Below the pieces are notes generated by a model. It was not told the origin of the DNA. It was given only the letters and a program-made list of their open reading frames with translations, and did no database searches. A DNA stretch of 64,000 nt from Adineta vaga (Eukaryota; Animalia; Rotifera), in NCBI GenBank assembly GCA_021613535.1, contig CP075493.1, positions 9,672,001 through 9,736,000 on the forward strand, in the 5' to 3' direction. The position numbers and the translations under genes were made by a program. Positions 54,301 to 64,000 of this stretch are shown here, in pieces (positions within the stretch are counted from its first letter, which is position 1; every line of letters starts with the position of its first letter).

Positions 54301-57300
54301 CAATCGAAACTAGATCATCTAATATCGCCTTATCGACTACTGCAACTAGCACCTCAACTACCATGATTACATCCGCAGTCACAATTACTACGTCCACATC
54401 ATCACTCTCACCAGCTAATCAAGGTATATTCGTCGTTTACACATTCCATCACTCTCATGATGATCATTTATCTTTTCTCCTTCTTAGCTTGTTTTTCACC
54501 TATCATTACATTAATTCCAAGCACATCATCACTATCATCACCATTACAATATCGACGAAGTCAAAACTTTTCTATCAGTTCGTATCTTCAACTCAACTGT
54601 AATCTTTCACTTTCGACTACCATCAAATGGGTGATTATCAACTGTACATTAACTTGTTCTTCTCCCCCAATCCAACTACCACAAACACTTCTCACAACAT
54701 CCTCTGAACTCTTTATTCCAGCAAAAACACTCACCTACGGAATTTATCAACTCGTACTGACAGTCAAGATGGCTGCTGCTTCTCATTTGTCATCATCGAC
54801 TTCTACATTTATCAAAATCACTCCATCAGCTATCACAGCAAATCTCATTCAATTCGGTACTTCAATGATTACACGCGGATATCAACAACAATTCACTCTT
54901 GATCCTGGCTCATTCTCTCTTGATCCTGATGCACTCACATTTGATCCTACTGTATGTTTTCTTTCTTTTCTCCTCTTCTCTACTTTTGATTGTTCAATAG
55001 CATTGGAAATATCAATACTATTGTCGAATCTATAATCAATACAATTTTCCCAACAGCGCTGGAAACCTATTGTCGATTGATGATCCTCAAACTGATCTTC
55101 TCAATCCATCATGTGTACAACAACGATCAGGTATGTTCTTCTTTGTTCATCAACATCTTTGCTCATCCAACACAAAACTAGGTAACGCTTCACGATTACA
55201 ATACAGTGGACCATCGACTTCACCTATGTCTGCATTGACTCTCCTATCTCATGCACTCACATCCAATCAGACGTATCAGTTCATGGTTCATCTACAAAAT
55301 CTTCGCAACTCATCTTCACAAGCAACCGGTTATCTTCTTGTTCAAGTCGAAGACTCTCAACCTGAACTCATTATCATCGCGTAAGTTGTTGTTTCCCTAC
55401 CATTTGTTCAATCTGAATGGTAATGCCTTCTGTCTAGTTGTGTCATATCCACATTATGTGTTCCAAATCAAGAATATCAGTTTGTCAATCCGACCACACA
55501 AGTCGCTCTTTTCTCACTCTGTGTCGATGCATGCACATCCATCAGTAACATCACATGGAATATCTATCATGGCATGATCAATACATCCAACAATGCTATG
55601 CAATGGACATTCTTCAATCAAATCAATCAATATCAAAATATTTGGTTCTTCGGTAACTCATACATCTGTACTATCTCACTTTTGCACATCATCATTCATT
55701 TTCTTCTTCAAAGGTACAAACACAAGCAATTTCACTTCGACAAACAACTTATTTCTTACTTATCCATTGATTAACTTTTGGCGATTCGAAGTTGTTTATT
55801 TCTTCGCACAACAATCAAGTCTCAGTGCTATGAACTTCAAAATCAACAAATCACCTCAGAATGGCTCATGCACGATCTCCCCACACAATGGCACAACATC
55901 CACTCTTTTCACCGTCACGTGCTCTCAATGGCAAGATGATGATGACATCCAAGATTATTCATTCTATAGTATGTCAAACATCATCTCATCATAGAACAAT
56001 GATATACCTCTATATCTCTAATCATTTCCTATCATTCAAAGGTTGGACAACTCATCCGAATGAACGAATGATCCTGACTTTTTCATCACTACCATCGATT
56101 CAATTGAGATTACCAACTGGAAATGCAAACACTTCATTCGTTCTACACATCTCTGCTGAGATTCGAGATACATTGAGTTGTGTGACAGAATACAACATGT
56201 CGTCAGTCATCGTTCTGCCCGATTCTGCACAAATCACGAGTCTCGTCGATAGTCTCCAACAATCAAGTGGCAGTGGAATCACGAACAATCCCATTGTTCA
56301 AATTCTTGCCAGTGGAAATCCCACTATAGTTGGTCAAGTGATCAATTCATTATCACAACAACTCAATCAACTCAGCAGTGAAACTGTTGACAATGCTGTT
56401 GCAAGTAAGTCACCCGATGGAGACAGTATCGAAAGAATGAATGATCCTACTCTTAGATGGTGTTCCTGCATCGAACATTGCTGTCTCATCATTAGATGAT
56501 ATAACTACTACCACCTCTCAAACATTAGTAAGTCAGTTTTTCTTTCATTTCTCACCATTTTTAAGCTGAACAAAACTAAACAATGACACAGAAGTGAATC
56601 TATGTACATTATCTAGTCATCATCCTCAATCAATGCATCTGCATTCGATCAATTCAACAAAGAACTCAATGCATTTGCAAGTGTTCGAGATTATCTCATC
56701 TCATTCACAACAAATATCGTCTCTTCGACTTCTAACAGTATCAAACTACAAGCATCATCTCTAGCACAACTCACTCAAGCCACCAATCAACTCACACGAT
56801 CCACTTCGGTAACATCGTCTATCTCATCATTTTCACTTTCATTCGCAACTCATCTTCACATCTAGATGATTGCTGCACAAAAATGTCATGAACTAGCTGT
56901 GACATTGCATGCCATGGCCACGAAAATTCCATTCGAAGATGTTCAATCATCTGCTACACAAATTGCACAATGTGCTAGTAATGTCTTGAATGTAAGCATA
57001 TCGAATGCACAGATTTTTCTAGATAAAAATACATAAAACAATCACTCACCATCCACCATTATCTTCTTCTTCTAGGCTATCAATGGTCCACTGCAACAAC
57101 GAACAACTGTACTTGATCTCGACTCATCGAGAGCAAACAGCTTCCCCACTGATTATGACACTGATCTCGAATCAGAATGGAACAATCCAAGTATTATTTT
57201 CTCATTCCTCTAGCTCTCTCTCTGCACACATATCTGATCATGTCACATTTGATATTTAGATTTGTTTGGCGATGCCACTGATCAATCATGGGATTCATTG

Positions 57301-60300
57301 CAAAACAATCGCAATCTCTACTACCAAAAACAAACGGCAACTCAAATTTCACTTCTCACAACACAAACAATGTCATTGTTGACAGCAGCAATCAATATTC
57401 ACTTGAACATTGGTCAAAATCTCGTCATCAATACACCTTCAGTCTATCTCTCACTTGAAACTATTTCTATCAGTACACTTTCGAACAAGTCTATCCAACA
57501 GATTGGCACATCTCATTTTCACATTCCATCCATTTTTCAACTCAATACAACACACAATGAGATCATCTCTCTTCGAGTGAGTCATCATCTTCTTTCGATC
57601 ATTTCTAAACATTCTTCCTTCTAGTCAATGATGGAACCACTTGCATCGTCTGGTAATGCTTCTTCACAATCCAATACCAATCTCTCACGATCGATTTCTC
57701 TCTCACTTCTGGATTCCAATGGACGACCGATTCCTATTCGAACAAGCATGGATCATCCTATCGAACTCATCATTCCTCGAGATCCATTCTTACTCATTCC
57801 ACCCATGTCATTACAAAATGTCACTGCACTCAATGCAACAACAACATCACCTCATCATCAACTATTCAATCTTCATTTCATCAGCATCACTCATTCACTC
57901 ACTGTCTCCGTTCATTTCGAAATGCAACCATTGAACATTACTCTTGCTTATTTGTTCATCTATCGATTCGATACTTCACCCATTCTCAACACTTCACATG
58001 AACAAATCGATGGTTGGACTCTCTTTTGTCCTCACAGTAAGTCTTTTTTTCTTCATACTTCATCAAACATTGCTTTCCATCTTTCTCATCCTATGTAGTC
58101 CTCACAAATGACAGTACTTATACTTTTTTCATTGATAATCACAAAACAACTGATCATCGATCAATCATCTTCGGTTTGAGACAACTCAATGCAACAGAAC
58201 AAACAAATGCATGTTCCAACTCTTCATCACTTCAACAACCACCGATCACTGATCAACCATTCAACTTCACAGCCAACTATCAACTTCGTATCTTCACATC
58301 AGGTTGTTACTATCTCGATGCAAACAACAACTGGCAATCCAATGATGTGCTAGTATGTTCGATCAGTGCATGTCACATGTTTTATGAGAAGTATGTACAG
58401 TGATGATGTTTCCTCGCTTAGGTTGGATCATTGACCAATCATCGACAAACTCAATGCTTGTCAACACATCTGACAACATTTGCAGGTGGATTTCTTGTTC
58501 TTCCTGCACCCATCAACTGGAACTATGTCTTTGCAAATGCTGACTTCACTCGAAACAAAACCATCTACATCACACTCATTTGTGTTACTGCTCTCTATCT
58601 TCTGCTACTTGTCTATACAAGATACAAAGATAAGAAAGATCTCGAAAAACTCGGCGTCACTCCACTTCCTGATAATCAACAATCAGATGACTATTTCTAC
58701 CAGATTCTCGTCTTCACTGGTCATCGAAAACATTCTGGCACAAGTTCCAAAGTAATATCTTGTCTTCTTACCGACAGAGAAAAGATAATATGCTATTTGA
58801 TTCATGTCTAGGTTCATTTCATTGTTGCTGGTGATGATGATGAGACACAAGTTCGAACATTCGCTGATCCACATCGAAAGATCTTACAACGAGGTGGCAT
58901 CGACGCATTTGTTATGACTGTTCCCAAGTACAGGCCACTCTCATCCTTCACTTTTCTCTTGAAATGACTTCTTCTCTCATATAGATCCTTGGGATCATTG
59001 AACTACATTCACATTTGGCACGATAATACAGGTGAAGGAACATCAGCATCTTGGTTTCTCAAATACATCATTGTCAGAGATTTACAAACCATGGACAAAT
59101 CCTATTTCATCTCTCAACGATGGTTCGCTGTCGAAAAAGACGATGGCATGGTAAGTGATGTTATCTTATGAAGAAAAAGAGCTTGTCACTAGTTACCTCC
59201 TCGTCTTCTTCGAATGTCATAGATTGAGCGTGTACTACCAGTTGCAGGCGAAGATCAACGACGAGAATTCTCCTATGTTCTATCGAAACAAGCATATCAT
59301 AGTGTATCAGAAGGACATCTCTGGTTTTCGATCTTCTCTCGACCACCTTCGAATCGATTCACTCGTGTTCAACGATGCACTTGTTGTTTTGTTTTGTTGT
59401 TAACATCGATGCTTCTCAACATTCTCTACTATGATCAAGTTGCACAAGCAAAAGCAAATGTCAATACAGATGGTCTGGCATTTGGTCCACTACATATCAC
59501 TCCTGAACAGGTTTCATCTCTTGCTCTTCATTTATCATTCTTCATTCACATGCATGTTTCTCTCTCTTCAATGATTTAGATCAGTATTGGTATCATTGTT
59601 GAACTTCTCTCATTTCTTCCAAGTATTTTACTTGTTCAATTCTTTCGTCGTATTCAATCAAAACGAATGCATCGACAACTACCACCTTTACAACAAGCCA
59701 TCTACAAAATCAAACAACGACAACAACCGATGCCGTTACCGTACGTATTCTCACTTCTATTCTTCAACTCCAGTCACAATATCATCGATTTAGTGACACG
59801 AACGTCGAGATAAACACAAAGAAACGATCACAAGTGACATTTCCATGGTGGTGTCTCTTCATTGCTTATGCTTTGTCATTGATCATCGTTGGAGTATCAA
59901 TGTTTTTCATAATTGTTCGTGGTATCGAGTTTGGTGATCTCAAAACTCAGAAATGGTTGACATCACTTCTCAGTGGTTTCTTTTCATCCATCTTTCTCAT
60001 CCAACCAGCCAAAGTATCTACTCACTCTCTTCACATCGACAACCATACACTTCTCACTCTTTAGATCATTGGCTTAACTATCATCTTTGCCTTCTTCATT
60101 CAAAATACAGACAAAGATCAAGAAGCAGCCGAGTTCATTGACGAAGATCATCCTCAACTCAACAATGATGAACAATATCTGCATTCACTACACAATGATT
60201 CACCATTTCTCCATCGATCCAAAACTCGACCTCATCGTTTGCATCAAACTGAACTTGCTTACATTCCAGATCGACGATTGAAAGAAATACAAATGTGGTC

Positions 60301-62833
60301 GATCATTCGAGAGATCTTTACTTATTTCACCTTTCTTGCTCCTCTTTGTCATCACCTATTCCAACAGTAATCAACATGCATTCTATCAAGTTCATCATCT
60401 TCGACAATTCTTTCACAACACCAAACAGATCAACAATGATTATACAAAGGTGAGTCAACCCTCCTCTTCCATCACTACTCCAAAGAAAAGACAAAGCTTC
60501 ATTGTTTAGATTTCAACTATCGATCAGTATTGGAATTGGTTAGAAACGAGTTTTATTGACAATATTCGTGCACAACAATGGTACAATGGAGATCTACCTA
60601 GAAATCTCTCTGGTTTCATCAATGACAAATCTAATCGATTAATTGGATGAATTACAATGAGACAACTTAGAATTCAATCACATTCATGTCACTTCAAATC
60701 ATTCTCATCCATGCAACATCTCTTCACTCACTGTACTCATGACTATAGTTTCTCCGATCAAGACAAACAATCATCTCAATCAGGATGGACCCCTTATCTT
60801 CACTCAAACAATCAAACATCGACGAAATCATTTACTTCATCCATTCAACAAGCATTTCACTATCAAACAAGTGATCAACTAGACACATATCTCACACTTG
60901 CCAATCATCATGCATACAATAGTGATGGATATGTTTACGAGTTTCGTGGTCGTCTCGTTGATCTTCGAACAAATCTCTCACAACTTCATCAACTACAATG
61001 GATCGATAGTCAAACACGAGCTATCATTATTCAGTTTAGTTTGTACAAGCCAAATGCACAACTCTTTACTTTCGTCACACTTCTCACTGAATTTCTTTCC
61101 ACCGGTGGTCTTCAACCACAATCTCGCTTTGAACCCATCACTTTTCATGGTACTACGATCATGTTTCTTTCGTGTAGTCTTCCTCACATGCTCGTTTCTC
61201 TTCTCTTTAGTGTTCAGATCATTGTCACAATTGATTTGTACCATCTTCTACATGATGTTCATTGTTCATATGATGAGTGGAGAAGTGAAATCGGTGATGA
61301 AACTGAAAATGAAATACTTTTGTCAATTCTGGTCATTGATCAATGTTGGCATCATTGTTTGTTCATGGACAAATGTTGCCATTTACATCTGGCGATATCG
61401 TGAATCACTTCGCATCGGTCAACTATTCGAAGAAACCAATGGATATGTTTTTATCAATCTTCAATTAGCTGTCTATATCAATGATCTCTTCACATATTTA
61501 CTCGCATTTTCATGTTTCTTTGCAACAATCAAGTTCGTAAAACTGTGTCGTTTCAATCATCGTCTCATGTTATTTGCACGAACACTTCGATATGCTGCCA
61601 ATGAACTTCTTTCGTTCGGATGTATGTTTGCCATCGTATTCATGGCATTCGTCATTCTCTTCTATCTCTTGTTTGTTTGCAAACTATCGACTTGTGCAAG
61701 TTTATTACATACGACACAAATGTTATTCGAAATGACATTGATGAAATTTGATGTACAGGAATTGAGTGGTGCAGCAGCATTTCTTGGTCCATTTTGTTTC
61801 AGTCTCTTCATCGTCATTGTCGTATTCGCTTGCATGAGTATGTTTCTGACAATTATCAATGAGAGTTTTCGTGCGGTGAGAGATGCAAGCAAAATGCAAG
61901 CAAAACATGATCAACATATCTTATCATTTATGCATGACAAACTACAACGATGGATTGGCATGTGATGAGATGGATCATTTCGAGATGCAAATCGAAATAT
62001 CTTTTGTCTTTTGATTTAGGTGTTGGAAATGACAATGATCTGTATCGGTTGGAAACAACAAGAGATGAAGAAATGAAATCGAAATATTATGATCCAATCA
62101 GTCATTTTCCTGATAAGATGGATGAACTGTTGGATGCATTGAATCGAGTAGGATAGTTTGTTTTGGAAGCTCATTGATGCAATTTTGCGTGTTGTAGGTG
62201 TATATGGATCAACAAAGTTCTATATCAACGAAAGAATCACAATCAATGCCTTTGATGTGAAATGCTTGTAGTATGAATGGATTCAACACGGAAAAAGGAA
62301 ACAATTATTAGATGTTGTGAATGTGCTTTACTTGATATATTTATCTTTTTCACTTTGCTTTTTTGTAATGTTCGAGAGAAGTCTGCATGCAACCATTGAA
62401 CTATAATAATATCATCGTCGTATTTACATAGTGTTCTCTTATGGTGTGGGATTGTGCATGAGGTGTCTGTTGAAGATATCTCGATGAGTTAACAAATGCT
62501 TTTATATCTGATTTTCAATAGTCGTTACGAGAGGAACTTGGAATTAGACAAAGTGTTTGTGTCGAGTGTCGGCGATGTACTCATTTCATACTCTTGATAT
62601 TCACTATGCTTACTTTGAGAGATTGATTCATTTTGAAAAGAAAACAAAAATTAAAATAATTACCAGTCCATAAATGTGTTCTTTAACGGTGAAGAGAAAA
62701 TAGATATTAAACTGTATATTGTTCAACATTTTCTAATTTAATTCTTCGTTAGAATATACTCTAAAGGAAAATAATAGTTCTTTTTTTAAGTTGCTCTTTA
62801 GATGAAAACAGAAACCAATTGAAATAAAGATTG

Positions 62834-63967
62834 CTATGCTGAAGACATCATGTCTAGATATTGAACAAGACCATCTTTATATTGCCCAGCACCCTAAAAT
62901 TAGAAAAACAAAATAGGGTAACTTATCGAGTTATTTTTCTAATCAAATTTCATGTCTGAATATTTCCTTCTAATATACTACATTACGATAGACTCAACGA
63001 ATGGAGTCATCTATCTTTCTATTTATGTAAAGTAAGAAAACTTATTCTTTACTTTATATTCAATCATTTCTGGTGGCCAATTTCTTACAGCACCCGCTAA
63101 ACGTTTGGCTGTCTCTGGTTCGTTTCTACAAACATCTTCCATTTTTGTCATATGTGTTTTAATTGTAAATAGAATTGTATTCGATTTTGGTAAGCGTCTT
63201 AATGTTTGTCGTTCAGTACGAAGATACATCAGTTCACCTGCTGTATCCTTCGTAATCAATCTTGAATCCTTTTCATCGATTGCTGTATGACAAAGTTCAT
63301 TGCCAATCTGTACTAAAGATCGATAGACAAATGATGATGTAGTATATGAAGATTAGAACATACATGTCCAATTCACACGTTGAACAGGATTTTCTACTTT
63401 AAGTTTGAGAAAATATCTGTCCATTGATGTTCGTAGTTTTTCTTGAAAAAATGGCACATGAGGCATATGAACTGATGCTAGTGGTAAGCCACATTTTGAT
63501 TTTGGTAACCATCCAGATGGAAAACAAACGGCTAATGCCTGTAAAATAAGAAGAAAAACTCTTTTTCGTTCATTTAATCATCGATTAAAATAAGAATATA
63601 AATACATTTGCATAATATGTTTCTTCATTAGCAGCTCGTTGCATAATTACAAGATCCTCTTGTACAAGTAATGAAGCTATTTCCAATGGATGTTTATGAT
63701 TTGCTTCTGTTAAATCAAATAGTTTTCCAGTAATAAGATTAGTTATTTGTGTTTTCGAATGATTTCTTTGAAACATATTTGGATATTGATATGGAAGATG
63801 TTCAATCAACATTTGTAAGGTTTCCATAGCACCAGCATATGCTTCATCTTTACATATAAATATGTCACTTCGACGATTACTATTCAATAATTTTTGTTTC
63901 AATATTAATTCTTCGCGATAATTTCGATCAATTTGTATCCATTCAAGAATATTCAAGGATTGAAGTC
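62834..63967 (-). CDS. DUF3445 / heme-dependent oxidative N-demethylase alpha-subunit family protein; 5' end outside window; at least 4 exons
   Basis: Spliced reading GLQSLNILEWIQIDRNY...HPLEIASLLVQEDLVIM...ALAVCFPSGWLPKSKCGLPLASVHMPHVP...PVQRVNW...LYLRTERQTLRRLPKSNTILFTIKT-like motif (MYLRTERQTL...)...NWPPEMIEYKG matches the hallmark motifs of the family. Confidence 0.88.
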
Positions 63968-64000
63968 CTAGATTAATGAATAGAAATTTTACAAATAAAT

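Larger units (their letters stand above)
50665..62260 (+). pseudogene. Polycystin-1-like (PKD1L/PKDREJ-type) gene with two N-terminal NHL beta-propellers; channel half disrupted (truncated gene or pseudogene)
   Basis: Signal-peptide exon 50665-50728 (MLSVDSIGLCMIILLIISGIE), NHL exons 51359-52240 and 52990-53877, S/T-rich stalk exons and a REJ-like region. Then GPS (TQCLSTHL/TTFAGG), TM1, PLAT (YQILVFTG...IHIWHDN...WFAVEKDDG), HLWFSIFSRPPSNRFTRVQR and a PKD channel region. There is a frameshift near 60341 (stop at 60368-60370) and an in-frame TGA at 60648-60650. Confidence 0.8.

Noticed and set aside
60648-60650. TGA at a conserved Trp as evidence of a TGA=Trp genetic code
   Set aside because: TGG is used for Trp throughout, TGA terminates other genes here, and a frameshift lies just upstream. 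It is a nonsense mutation.
1-64000. CRISPR arrays, rRNA/tRNA genes, autonomous transposons or prokaryotic contamination
   Set aside because: I recognised no repeat-spacer arrays, structured RNA genes or transposase/RT ORFs, and spliceosomal introns occur throughout.

Overview
This is AT-rich eukaryotic (metazoan) genomic DNA with dense genes and many ~50-65 nt GT-AG introns. The gene content, intron style, NHL-repeat genes and an intron-containing gene of a bacterial/fungal family suggest a bdelloid rotifer (inference). Bases 1-49.6 kb hold tightly packed conserved genes: GTPBP2, PRIM2, PTAR1, neuralized, symplekin, CCT6, EPT1/SELENOI, CERT1, an SLC26 transporter, PPP6R/SAPS and an outer-arm axonemal dynein beta heavy chain. 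Two small secreted-protein genes lie among them: a two-exon neuropeptide precursor and a putative GPI-anchored microprotein. From ~49.9 kb the sequence looks accessory. It carries telomere-like hairpins and a polycystin-1-like gene whose ectodomain starts with two NHL beta-propellers on symmetric phase-1 exons; its channel half has a frameshift and a nonsense codon. The window ends with a probably horizontally acquired DUF3445/HODM-family gene. Other notable points are operon-like gene spacing with splice acceptors next to start codons (possible SL trans-splicing), a candidate alternative first exon of CERT1, and an RFX X-box upstream of the dynein. All exon structures were read by eye and no database searches were run.
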